Below, one piece after another: positions 1 through 9,053 of a stretch of DNA of 64,000 nt (positions are counted from its first letter, which is position 1; each line of letters opens with the position of its first letter). Origin of the DNA: Bacillota bacterium (GTDB lineage Bacteria; Bacillota_I; Bacilli_A; RF39; UBA660); assembly GCA_015059425.1 (NCBI GenBank), contig SVAM01000002.1:12063-76062 (forward strand), in the 5' to 3' direction. The translations under genes and the position numbers were made by a program. Below the pieces are notes generated by a model. The model did not search any database and had not been told where the DNA came from. It was given only the letters and a program-made list of their open reading frames with translations.

Positions 1-827
1 TAAGTAGTTTGGATACTACAAGTTTAAATACAACATATTATTATCGTGGTGATGTAGATGATAATTACGTAGAATTTGCAGGCTTCTATTGGAGAATAAT
101 CAGAATAAATGAAAATGGTTCACTAAGAATGATATATCAAGGAAGAGCAAAAGATGATGGCAAAAAATTAGAAATACAAAAAACAGGTAGTGAAACTCGA
201 CTGGCTGTATCTAGTGCATTTAATACAGATTACAACCGAGCCGAATATGTAGGATTTAAATATGAATTGGAAAATGCACATGGAACAGATAAGAAATCTA
301 CTATATTAAGTGCATTAGAAACATGGTATACAAAAGAAGATAATGAACTACAAAATTATGAAGAATACTTAGATACAGAATCAGGGTTCTGTGGAGATAG
401 AAGTCTAGCAATTGGTCCAGGTATTGGAACAGCAACAACACAATATAGAGCACTACGAAGAATGATGAGCGGTGCACCATCATTTAAGTGTTCAGATAAT
501 GAAAGTGATTTATACAAAACAAAGATAGGGTTAATAACAGCGGATGAAATTGTATATGCTGGAGGTATATATTGGGGTAGTAATTTAGATGGGGCTAGTA
601 ATTTTAGTTATTACTTATATACAGAAGTTTCGTGTTGGACGCTTACGCCGAGCCACTTCAATGAGACGAGTGCGCTTGCGCTTGCGTTTGCTATGTTCCC
701 TGAAGGTATTTTGTACTATGATTACATAAATCGCTCGTATGGTATCCGTCCAGTTATAAATTTGTCAGCTGAAAATCTGTCAATTTCTGGAAGTGGTACT
801 ATAAATAATCCATATGTCATTTCATAA
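1..827 (+). CDS. DGR-type target protein, C-terminal CLec-like variable region; 5'-truncated by window edge; paralog of 9050-10402
   Basis: Frame open to position 1; motifs FAGFYWRIIRINENGS, IGLITADE, WTLTP...YGIRPVINL, NPYVIS; GC-rich segment ~624-761. Confidence 0.75.
   Translation, partial: SSLDTTSLNTTYYYRGDVDDNYVEFAGFYWRIIRINENGSLRMIYQGRAKDDGKKLEIQKTGSETRLAVSSAFNTDYNRAEYVGFKYELENAHGTDKKSTILSALETWYTKEDNELQNYEEYLDTESGFCGDRSLAIGPGIGTATTQYRALRRMMSGAPSFKCSDNESDLYKTKIGLITADEIVYAGGIYWGSNLDGASNFSYYLYTEVSCWTLTPSHFNETSALALAFAMFPEGILYYDYINRSYGIRPVINLSAENLSISGSGTINNPYVIS
624..761 (+). repeat. Putative DGR variable region VR1
   Basis: Abrupt GC rise; only 2 of 34 codons from 648 to 749 end in A; aligns codon-by-codon with 10205-10336 apart from a 6-nt duplication. 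Confidence 0.7.
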
Positions 828-1032
828 ATGACATATGGAAAGACAATGAATATATGAAAGAAAGTTGTTGCAAAATGACTCCACATTTTGTAACTGCATA
901 GCATATTTTACTCAGAAACATATAAAAAGATGTTTTTTTTGCCTGCCAAACTTGTTTGTCGGCTAGGGGTAAAAATTTAATGTCTTAGTTATGAGAACAG
1001 TATTATCTTAACGAGATTTAAAAATAATATTT
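810..1032 (+). repeat. Conserved structured 3' element, copy 1 (putative ncRNA or cis element)
   Basis: Hairpins at 810-838 and 867-894; 50-nt block 983-1032 matches 10563-10612 at 49/50. Confidence 0.75.
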
Positions 1033-1079
1033 GAATAAAAACTTGTATAAATTCTTGCTTTATGGTATATTATAAAAGT

Positions 1080-1278
1080 AAAGCGAAAAAGAAGCTAAGT
1101 AATATATTGTTTTATATAGAGAGTTCATGGTTGGTGGGAATGAATTAAAAGAATATATGAAATCTACTTCTTTAGTGGAGCTAATACCTCCCGTGTAAGT
1201 TGCGTTAAAACTAATAAAGTAATATAAAGGATGGTACCGCAGAATTTGCTCCTTGCAAAGGCTGTGGTTTTTATTTTT
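1080..1278 (+). promoter_or_regulatory. T-box riboswitch, Ser specifier (UCU)
   Basis: AGAGA and GGTGGGAA stem I motifs, GAAA-TCT-A specifier loop, antiterminator AAGGATGGTACCGC, U-tract; precedes serS. Confidence 0.9.
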
Positions 1279-1295
1279 AGAAAGAAGGATTATAA

Positions 1296-2582
1296 ATGAT
1301 TGACATTAAATTAATAAGAGAAAACAGGGAATTTGTAAAAGAAAATATTAGAAAGAAATTTCAAGATGAAAAATTACCTATAGTAGACGAAGTATATGAA
1401 CTTGATATTAAGTTTAGAGAGGCTAAGTCTAAGGCAGATACTCTACGTAGCGATAAGAATAAAAAAAGTGGAGAAATAGGTCTTTTAATGCGTGATAAGA
1501 AGATTGAGGAAGCGGATGCAATAAAGGCTTTAATAGCCAAAATGAATGATGAAATCATTGAACTTGAAAAATTAGAAGAAACATTAAGTGAAGATATAAA
1601 AAATAAAATGATGGTTATACCTCAAATTATCGATGATAGTGTTCCGATTGGTAAAGATGACAATGAAAATGTTGAGTTGCAAAAATACGGAGAACCGGTA
1701 GTGCCTAACTATAAAATTCCTTATCATGCTGAAATATGCGATAAATTTAGCGGGTTAGACAAAGAAAGTGCTGGTAGAACTAGTGGTAATGGTTTTTATT
1801 ATTTAATTGGTGATATAGCAAGACTTCATAGTGCTATGTTATCATATGCTAGAGATTTTATGATAGATAAAGGGTTTACATATGCAGTACCACCATTTAT
1901 GATTAGAAGCGATGTGGTTACAGGAGTTATGTCGTTCGCAGAGATGGATGCAATGATGTATAAAATAGAAGGTGAAGATTTATTCTTGATTGGTACTAGT
2001 GAACATTCTATGATTGGTAAATTTAAAGATCAATTAGTTAAAGAAGAATCACTTCCTATTGCAATGACTTCATATTCACCATGTTTTAGAAAAGAAGTTG
2101 GAGCTCATGGTTTAGAGGAGAGAGGAATTTACCGTGTACACCAATTTGAGAAACAAGAAATGGTTGTGTTATGTAAGCCTGAAGAAGCAATGAATTGGTA
2201 TAATAAAATGTGGAGTTACACTGTAGAATTCTTTAGAAGTTTAGATATTCCTGTAAGAACTTTAGAGTGTTGTAGTGGAGATTTAGCAGATTTAAAAGTT
2301 AAGTCATGTGATGTTGAAGCATGGAGCCCTAGACAACAAAAATATTTTGAGGTTGGTTCATGTTCTACTTTAGGAGAGGCTCAAGCAAGAAGACTTGGAA
2401 TACGAGCTAAAGGCGAAAAAGGAAATTACTACGTTGCGACTTTAAATAATACAGTATTAGCTACTCCTAGAGGGTTAATCGCATTCTTAGAAAATAATTA
2501 TAACGAAGATGGAAGTGTAAATATTCCCGAAGCATTAAGACCTTATATGGGTGGTAAAGAAAAGTTAATACCAAAAAATTAA
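1296..2582 (+). CDS. serS: Serine--tRNA ligase
   Basis: N-terminal coiled coil, GTSEH, FRKE...GIYRVHQFEK, EVGSCS, TLNNT. Confidence 0.97.
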   Translation: MIDIKLIRENREFVKENIRKKFQDEKLPIVDEVYELDIKFREAKSKADTLRSDKNKKSGEIGLLMRDKKIEEADAIKALIAKMNDEIIELEKLEETLSEDIKNKMMVIPQIIDDSVPIGKDDNENVELQKYGEPVVPNYKIPYHAEICDKFSGLDKESAGRTSGNGFYYLIGDIARLHSAMLSYARDFMIDKGFTYAVPPFMIRSDVVTGVMSFAEMDAMMYKIEGEDLFLIGTSEHSMIGKFKDQLVKEESLPIAMTSYSPCFRKEVGAHGLEERGIYRVHQFEKQEMVVLCKPEEAMNWYNKMWSYTVEFFRSLDIPVRTLECCSGDLADLKVKSCDVEAWSPRQQKYFEVGSCSTLGEAQARRLGIRAKGEKGNYYVATLNNTVLATPRGLIAFLENNYNEDGSVNIPEALRPYMGGKEKLIPKN

Positions 2583-2585
2583 TTT

Positions 2586-2612
2586 GAATGATGAAAATCA
2601 TTCTTTTCTTTT
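2586..2612 (+). terminator. Intrinsic terminator after serS
   Basis: GAATGAT-GAAA-ATCATTC followed by T-run. Confidence 0.8.
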
Positions 2613-2654
2613 TAGACTTTATAAATAGTAATTTATAAGTTATAATTTATTTAG

Positions 2655-3293
2655 GTGGCTTATATGGAAGTAACAATAGATGGCAAAGAACGCAATGTAA
2701 TAATAAATAAGAAAAAAATTAAAAATATATATTTTAGATTTGATGAAGAATTAAATTTAGTAATAAATGCTAATAAGTATATAACTGAAAAAGAAATAAT
2801 AAATTTAATAAATAAAAACAAAGAATCTTTAGAAAAAATGCTAAAAAAAATAGAAAGAAAACAAGAGAAAAATAATGAGTTTTGGTATTTAGGTAATAAA
2901 TATGATATAATTTATAATGATTTAGTTAGAAATATAGATTTTCAAAATGGTACTATTATTTGTAAAGATAAAAATACATTAGATAAGTTTATAAAAAAAC
3001 AAACTAAAGAAATATTTGAGATTGAAGTAAATAATTTAAGAAAAATTATAAAACCTCCTAATTTTGCTTTAAAAATAAGAAAAATGAAGTCTAGATGGGG
3101 AGTATGTAATTATAAATTAAAAACTATTACTTTAAATTCTGAATTAATAAGATATAATATAGAGAATTTGAGATATGTAATAGTCCATGAAATGTGTCAT
3201 TTTTATCATCATGATCATAGTAAAAAGTTTTGGAATATGGTAAGTATATATTATCCTAATTATAAGCAAGCTAGAAAGGAATTAAGAAGTTAA
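2655..3293 (+). CDS. YgjP/DUF45 (SprT-like) zinc metallopeptidase-family protein
   Basis: MKSRWGVC, YVIVHEMCH (HExxH), HSKKFW. Confidence 0.9.
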   Translation: MAYMEVTIDGKERNVIINKKKIKNIYFRFDEELNLVINANKYITEKEIINLINKNKESLEKMLKKIERKQEKNNEFWYLGNKYDIIYNDLVRNIDFQNGTIICKDKNTLDKFIKKQTKEIFEIEVNNLRKIIKPPNFALKIRKMKSRWGVCNYKLKTITLNSELIRYNIENLRYVIVHEMCHFYHHDHSKKFWNMVSIYYPNYKQARKELRS

Positions 3294-4027
3294 TGAAAAT
3301 AGAATCAATTAATAATGATAAAGTAAAAACTTGGTCTAAATTAAAAGAAAAAAAGTATCGCGATTTAAATAATATGTTTATTATAGAAGGAGACCATTTA
3401 TTAAATGAAGCGTTAAAAAAAGGAGTAGTTTTAGAAATAATTTCTACAGATAAAACTTGGGAATCTTCTAATCTTCCTTTCTACGAAGTTACAGATGCGA
3501 TTATGAAAAAATTATCTAGTCAAATAACACCTTCTAAAGTTATTGGGATATGTAAAAAACTAGAAACTAAAGAAATTAGTGGAAATGTATGTATTTTGGA
3601 TAATATTCAAGATCCTGGTAACTTAGGAACTATAATAAGAAGTGCGATTGCATTTAATATAAACACTATATTAATGAGTAATGATACAGTTGATTTATAT
3701 AACGAAAAAGTAATTAGAGCTAGTGAAGGTATGATATTTAATTTAAATTATCAAAAAGGTAGTTTGAATGAAATGATTACCGAGTTAAAAAATAAAAATT
3801 ATAAAATATATGGTACTGATGTAAATAAAGGAAAATCTTTAAAAGAAGTCGTTTTTGATAGTAAGTCCGCTATAATTATTGGTAATGAAGGTAAAGGAAT
3901 GAATGAACAGTTACAACCATTATGTGATAATTTAATACGTATCCCTATAAGTAGTAATTGTGAAAGTTTAAATGCCGGGGTTGCAGCTTCAATAATATTT
4001 TATGAGATGGAAAGAATAAATATATAA
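3293..4027 (+). CDS. TrmH/SpoU family RNA methyltransferase
   Basis: QDPGNLGTIIRSA, IGNEGKG, ESLNAGVA. Confidence 0.93.
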   Translation: MKIESINNDKVKTWSKLKEKKYRDLNNMFIIEGDHLLNEALKKGVVLEIISTDKTWESSNLPFYEVTDAIMKKLSSQITPSKVIGICKKLETKEISGNVCILDNIQDPGNLGTIIRSAIAFNINTILMSNDTVDLYNEKVIRASEGMIFNLNYQKGSLNEMITELKNKNYKIYGTDVNKGKSLKEVVFDSKSAIIIGNEGKGMNEQLQPLCDNLIRIPISSNCESLNAGVAASIIFYEMERINI

Positions 4028-4029
4028 CA

Positions 4030-4356
4030 ATGGAAAATCAAATAATTAATGAATTTGAAGCTTGTAATTATGTTAAATGTGCATTACAAAATATTGGTTT
4101 GTGGGATAATATAACTTATAAAAAGAACGAAGAATCAAATGTGTGGGTTTTTAGTGGTTATATTGAATATAAGAATAAACCACACAAAATAATAAAAGTG
4201 GTTGGAACATCATTATTTATCAAACTATTAAAAATTGGGTTTGAAGTTAAAAAGGGTATACCAGTTAATTATGTTGATTTAATTAATAGAGAGACACTGA
4301 AATTTAAGATTAAATATAGTTTAATTGATCCTTATTGTCGTAAAAGAAAGAGATAG
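4030..4356 (+). CDS. Hypothetical protein with basic C-terminus (RKRKR)
   Basis: ORF packed between the methyltransferase and rimM. Confidence 0.6.
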   Translation: MENQIINEFEACNYVKCALQNIGLWDNITYKKNEESNVWVFSGYIEYKNKPHKIIKVVGTSLFIKLLKIGFEVKKGIPVNYVDLINRETLKFKIKYSLIDPYCRKRKR

Positions 4357-4364
4357 TGATTTTA

Positions 4365-4856
4365 ATGGAATATGTATATATTGGTAAAATAGTTAATACT
4401 CATGGAATAAAAGGTGAAATAAGAATATTAAGTAATTTTGATAAAAAAGAAATAGTATTTATGCCTGGATTCAAAATATACATAGGAAATACTAAAGAAG
4501 AAAATATAATAATTAGTTATCGTAAACATAAGAATTTTGATATGGTTAAATTAAAAGGAATTGACGATATAAATGAAGTTCTTAAATATAAAGGATTTAA
4601 AGTATATGTGAATAGAGATGATTTAAATTTAAATAATAATGAATATGTTTTAGATGATTTACTTAGTTTGAATATAATAAGTAATAATAAAAATTATGGA
4701 ATAGTAGAGAATATATTTGATAATAATGGTAATGTTTTATTAGCAATAAAATTTGAAAAAAATTATTATATACCTTATAATAGTGATTATATAAAAGAAG
4801 TTGATTTACAAAATAAAATTATTTATGTGAATAATGTAGAGGAATTGATATTATGA
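4365..4856 (+). CDS. rimM: Ribosome maturation factor RimM
   Basis: IGKIVNTHGIKGEI; precedes trmD; ATG at 4365 preferred. Confidence 0.95.
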   Translation: MEYVYIGKIVNTHGIKGEIRILSNFDKKEIVFMPGFKIYIGNTKEENIIISYRKHKNFDMVKLKGIDDINEVLKYKGFKVYVNRDDLNLNNNEYVLDDLLSLNIISNNKNYGIVENIFDNNGNVLLAIKFEKNYYIPYNSDYIKEVDLQNKIIYVNNVEELIL

Positions 4857-5518
4857 GATTTGATATTTTAACTCTTTTTCCAAACATAATAGAATCTTAT
4901 ATAAATGAAAGCATAATAAAAAGAGCAATTAACAATAAATTAATTGAAGTCAATATAGTTAATATAAGAAATTATACATTGCTTAAAAATGGACAAGTTG
5001 ATGATACTCCATATGGTGGTGGAGCAGGTATGGTATTAATGTGTGAACCAGTAGTAAGAGCGATTGAATCTGTAAAAAAAGAAGATACAAAAGTATATTT
5101 ATTATCACCACAAGGTAAAGTTTTTAATGATAAAATTGCAGAAGAATTAATTAATGAATGTAAACATATTGTTTTAGTATGTGGACATTATGAAGGTTTT
5201 GACGAAAGAATTAAAAACTTTGTTGATGGTGAGATTAGTATAGGTGATTTTGTTTTAACAGGTGGTGAACTTCCTGCTTTAGTAATATTAGATACAGTAT
5301 CAAGGTTTATTCCTGGAGTTATAGCAAATGATTCTTTTAATAATGATTCGTTTAAAAACAATTTATTAGATTATCCAGTTTATACTAAGCCTCGGGAATT
5401 TAGGGGGTTAAGTGTTCCTGAAGTGTTATTAAGTGGAAATCATAAAAAAATTAAGGAATATAGAGAAAGTGAACAAATAAGAGTCACAAAAGAAAAAAGA
5501 CCAGATTTATTAAAGTAG
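4853..5518 (+). CDS. trmD: tRNA (guanine-37-N1)-methyltransferase
   Basis: VDDTPYGGGAGM, CGHYEGFDER, SIGDFVLTGGE. Confidence 0.97.
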   Translation: MRFDILTLFPNIIESYINESIIKRAINNKLIEVNIVNIRNYTLLKNGQVDDTPYGGGAGMVLMCEPVVRAIESVKKEDTKVYLLSPQGKVFNDKIAEELINECKHIVLVCGHYEGFDERIKNFVDGEISIGDFVLTGGELPALVILDTVSRFIPGVIANDSFNNDSFKNNLLDYPVYTKPREFRGLSVPEVLLSGNHKKIKEYRESEQIRVTKEKRPDLLK

Positions 5519-5980
5519 GTGGTAGTGGTGAAAAGTTTTATAATAAAAGAATTAGATGAAGATTTAAAAATTGAAGATTTTGAATTAAAAAGTTCTGGAT
5601 TTAAATATAAAATTAAGAATAATAATGATTTAGGAGTTAAAGAAATTACTATAGTAAGCCCTGATATAGTAAGTGATTTAGTATCTCATAATTTTGATAA
5701 GAAATATAAAAAAATCTTAGAATTTTATTTTAATTCTTTACAAGATGAAGATACTACCGAAGGTAATTTATTATTAGCATTAGATGAAATAACAAGACTT
5801 AGAAATACTTTAATAAAAAAATATAATATTTATGTAAAAAGAAAAGTGTTAGAAAAATTATTAAAAAAACTTAAAATATTAGAAAACGAAATTCGTTCAA
5901 AAATAATTGATTTTAAACTCATAAAAGAAACGCTATTGGGTTATAATAATAACATTGAAGAGAAAAGTAAGGGTAGATAA
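5519..5980 (+). CDS. Hypothetical protein
   Basis: 153-aa ORF abutting trmD. Confidence 0.65.
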   Translation: MVVVKSFIIKELDEDLKIEDFELKSSGFKYKIKNNNDLGVKEITIVSPDIVSDLVSHNFDKKYKKILEFYFNSLQDEDTTEGNLLLALDEITRLRNTLIKKYNIYVKRKVLEKLLKKLKILENEIRSKIIDFKLIKETLLGYNNNIEEKSKGR

Positions 5981-6038
5981 AATTTTCTCTTGAAAAATTA
6001 TAAAAAATAAGTTATAATGAGTAACAGCTGGTAGTTAT

Positions 6039-6115
6039 GACTCCGTAGCTCAGCTGGATAGAGCAATCGCCTTCTAAGCGATCGGTCAAGTGTTCGAATC
6101 ACTTCGGAGTCACCA
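6039..6115 (+). tRNA. tRNA-Arg(TCT)
   Basis: Cloverleaf; anticodon arm ATCGC-CTTCTAA-GCGAT; TTCGAAT; encoded CCA. Confidence 0.97.
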
Positions 6116-6126
6116 TTAAGATAAAT

Positions 6127-6152
6127 ACTCGGTTTAATCCGAGTTTTTATTT
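6127..6152. terminator. Terminator between the tRNA and convergent gerM
   Basis: ACTCGG-TTTAAT-CCGAGT plus T-run. Confidence 0.7.
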
Positions 6153-6156
6153 TGTA

Positions 6157-7107
6157 TTAATTTTCTTTAAAAGTTTCAATTATTTCATTATCAACTTTAA
6201 ATATAACCTCTTTTACGTTTAGAGTATCTTTTAAAGATAAAGAAATAGAATATTTAACTTCTTCTAAAATATCTTTGTTATTAAAATTATTAAAAATTTC
6301 ATTATTAAATGTTAAGTTTATTTGATTTTCTAAGGTCTCATAATTTAAAAGTTCTACTGATGAAGCAAGATAACTTATAAGATTAGTCTCATAAATAGGT
6401 GAGCTTTTTAACTCTTCAATAATAATTTCAATTTTATTATCCTGTTTATTATTAATTTTTGTAACAGGTATATAGTATGTTAAATCTTCTTCTTTACCAA
6501 TGTAATAAATTGTAGTTTTTGATAAATCCTTAATACTTGTAATATCATATACTTTATTTATCCCGTAATTTCTATCTAATATATTTGGCAGAATTAAATT
6601 AGTTTGAGGTAATTTAATTAGTTTTTCATTTTCTACAAAAATTATTATTTGTTTTACTTCAGGTAATTCTGTTAAAGTATAAACTATTGCTTCTATTAAC
6701 TTTTCTTCATTTTCTTTTGGCACGTTTAAAAATTCTTTAGAAAAATTAATTTTTAATAGATTATTATTTAATGATAATTCTAAAATTTTTGTATTTTTAG
6801 GTATTATAGCTTTAAAATTTTTAGGAATGTATTCTGATTTTTCACTATCCATAATTAAAGCGTTAAGTAATTCTTTTATTTTATCTATAGTATCTTCAGT
6901 TTTAATAACTAAATTAGTTCTAATTACGTAATTATCTTTATTTATCAGATAAATGGGACTAGTATTAACCGAAACATAGGTGGTGGTTTGTTTAATCTCA
7001 TTTAAATTATTTGTATCGGGAAAAAAATATAAAATACTTACAATTATCAAAGCTAGTGAAGCAGTAATAATTCTTCTTAAAGCGGATTTTTTAAGCATTA
7101 ATATCAC
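6157..7107 (-). CDS. gerM: Spore germination protein GerM-like (two GerMN domains)
   Basis: N-terminal membrane segment; IPKNTKIL...INFSKEF...EAIVYTLTE pattern, repeated. Confidence 0.8.
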   Translation of the reverse strand: MILMLKKSALRRIITASLALIIVSILYFFPDTNNLNEIKQTTTYVSVNTSPIYLINKDNYVIRTNLVIKTEDTIDKIKELLNALIMDSEKSEYIPKNFKAIIPKNTKILELSLNNNLLKINFSKEFLNVPKENEEKLIEAIVYTLTELPEVKQIIIFVENEKLIKLPQTNLILPNILDRNYGINKVYDITSIKDLSKTTIYYIGKEEDLTYYIPVTKINNKQDNKIEIIIEELKSSPIYETNLISYLASSVELLNYETLENQINLTFNNEIFNNFNNKDILEEVKYSISLSLKDTLNVKEVIFKVDNEIIETFKEN

Positions 7108-7172
7108 CTAATTAATATATACGATATAAAATACATTTTTAGAATTAAAAAATCTCCAAAAGGAGATTTAAA

Positions 7173-7379
7173 TTATAGAGTTATTTCACCTAATTTGAGT
7201 AATTCTACTACAGCACTTGCGCGACCTTTAACTTCTAATTTTTGGATAGTATTAGATATATGATTTCTAACAGTTTTTTCACTTATATTAAGTTTTTTTG
7301 CTATTTCTTTTGTAGTCTTTCCTTCTACTAATAATGTAAATATAACTTGTTCTCTATTAGTTAAAATACTTCTTTTCAC
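7173..7379 (-). CDS. gerE: GerE, LuxR-type HTH sporulation regulator
   Basis: LTNREQVIFTLLVEGKTTKEIAKKLNISEKTVRNHISN...AVVELL, closely resembling B. subtilis GerE. Confidence 0.88.
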   Translation of the reverse strand: MKRSILTNREQVIFTLLVEGKTTKEIAKKLNISEKTVRNHISNTIQKLEVKGRASAVVELLKLGEITL

Positions 7380-7455
7380 GCATATCTTCCTTTCATAATT
7401 ATACTATTTCTAGTGTATTTTATGAGATATGCTTAAATTTGGTTAAAATACTGGC

Positions 7456-7950
7456 CTAATTATCAAATTTTACAGTAATGTACATATTAGTATCATATAG
7501 ACTTTGAATACTCCTAATTATATTATTTGCAAGTTTACTGTCATGTGTTTTACTAGCAACTGTTATTTTTATATTTGTTCCATTAATGCTTACAACTGAA
7601 TCTAATTTATAATTTTCTTTAATAATTTTTTCTATTTCTTCTTTTTTACTTTCGTTTTTGTTCATATTTTGAAGTTCATTATAAGCATCATTTTTTTCTT
7701 GTAGGCTTGATGTATTGCTAAGTAATATGTTTTGTAATTCTTCTAATTTAGCAACATAAGCTTCTTCTTCAGCTACTTTTAATGCAACTAAAGTATCTGA
7801 TTCACTTATTACTAATTCAGTAGCTTCATTATTTGTACTTGATACATTTAAAGTAGATAAAGTATCATTAGACATAGATAAATAATAAATACTTAAAACC
7901 ATTATTAATGAAAAAAGGGTTATAAACCATAAGTTTTGTTTGTTAATCAT
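7456..7950 (-). CDS. spoIIIAH: SpoIIIAH-like protein
   Basis: MINKQNLWFITLFSLIMVLSIYY N-terminus typical of SpoIIIAH. Confidence 0.8.
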   Translation of the reverse strand: MINKQNLWFITLFSLIMVLSIYYLSMSNDTLSTLNVSSTNNEATELVISESDTLVALKVAEEEAYVAKLEELQNILLSNTSSLQEKNDAYNELQNMNKNESKKEEIEKIIKENYKLDSVVSINGTNIKITVASKTHDSKLANNIIRSIQSLYDTNMYITVKFDN

Positions 7951-8055
7951 AAAATTTATCCTTTCGTTTACATTAAAATATATGTAATAAGGAATATTTT
8001 ATGTTATATTTGTTTATTTTTTAATATAATGTTATAATTATGATGAGGTTAAGAT

Positions 8056-8805
8056 ATGAAAGAAATATTAGTTTATGGATTTATGATTTTTATATTTTGT
8101 TCATTTTTTGGCTATTTTTTAGAAGTGTTTTGGGTTTATTTAGGAACTAAAAAATGGGTTAATAGGGGATTTTTATGTGGACCAGTAATACCAATATATG
8201 GCCTTGGTGCCTTACTTATATTTTTTTGTTTATTAAGATATTATAATGATCCAGTGGTTATATTTGTCTTTGGCGTTATTATTACAAGTGCATTAGAATA
8301 TTTTGTCTCATTTGTAATGGAAAAAATTTTTCATAATAAATGGTGGGATTATAGTAATGAAAAATATAATATTAATGGTAGAATATGTTTAAGAAATTCG
8401 TTGGCTTTTGGCGTATTATCATTAGTTATAATTTATTTTCTAACACCAATATTAGCTATAATTTTTGATTTATTTAGTTTTAAATTTTGGAGTATTACAG
8501 CTTTAGTTACCTTTATTTTAATAATTATAGATTTTATATATTCTGTACGAGTTGCCTATAACTTAAGAAATAGAATTATTATAGTAGAAGAACTTAAAAA
8601 TGAAAAAATAAATATGATATCTGCTATATTTGAAAAGAAATTAAAAGAATTAACTAAGGAATTTAAAACATTCCCTAATAGACTTTTAAAAGCTTTCCCA
8701 TATTTAGAAAATGAATATCATAACAGTTTTGAAATTATGAAGAAAATTCGTGAACAAGAAAAAGATAGAAGAAAAAAGTTAAAGACAAAATTAAAAATAA
8801 AATAA
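8056..8805 (+). CDS. Putative ABC transporter permease (DUF1113/CmpB-like)
   Basis: NRGFLCGPVIPIYG, WWDYS...NINGRIC. Confidence 0.85.
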   Translation: MKEILVYGFMIFIFCSFFGYFLEVFWVYLGTKKWVNRGFLCGPVIPIYGLGALLIFFCLLRYYNDPVVIFVFGVIITSALEYFVSFVMEKIFHNKWWDYSNEKYNINGRICLRNSLAFGVLSLVIIYFLTPILAIIFDLFSFKFWSITALVTFILIIIDFIYSVRVAYNLRNRIIIVEELKNEKINMISAIFEKKLKELTKEFKTFPNRLLKAFPYLENEYHNSFEIMKKIREQEKDRRKKLKTKLKIK

Positions 8806-8861
8806 AATATAAGTAAATTTGAGCAGATATGTAAAAATATCTGTTTTTAAATGTTTACTAA

Positions 8862-8897
8862 TAGACAAGAAGTTAAATATATGGTATATTTTAAATA
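8862..8897 (+). promoter_or_regulatory. Sigma-A-type promoter shared with 35446-35473
   Basis: TAGACA-17nt-TATATT with TG extension; 28-bp identity 8870-8897 = 35446-35473. Confidence 0.7.
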
Positions 8898-8918
8898 TCA
8901 TAGGAAGGAAGTTAAGAA

Positions 8919-9053
8919 ATGAGAAAGATTTTAAGAACTTCCCAACAGTTTGCTAAAAATGCATCTGGGGAGGGGCTATTTAAGTTAAACACTCAGATAG
9001 TATCTAGGCAAAATAACTTTAAGTTACCTTTAAATATAGAGGTGACAAAATGA
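8919..9053 (+). CDS. 44-aa leader ORF with GGGGAGGGG tract, overlapping the target start (ATGA)
   Basis: AGGAAGG upstream; MRKILRTSQQFAKNASGEGLFKLNTQIVSRQNNFKLPLNIEVTK; below the ORF-track cutoff. Confidence 0.55.
   Translation: MRKILRTSQQFAKNASGEGLFKLNTQIVSRQNNFKLPLNIEVTK

Noticed and set aside
722-904. Minus-strand ORFs 722-904 and 10192-10497 sharing SHFATTFFHIFIVFPYVIYEMTYG
   Set aside because: They are antisense to the targets and the conserved element, differ in length and start, and lack an RBS; the similarity is explained by the DNA repeat
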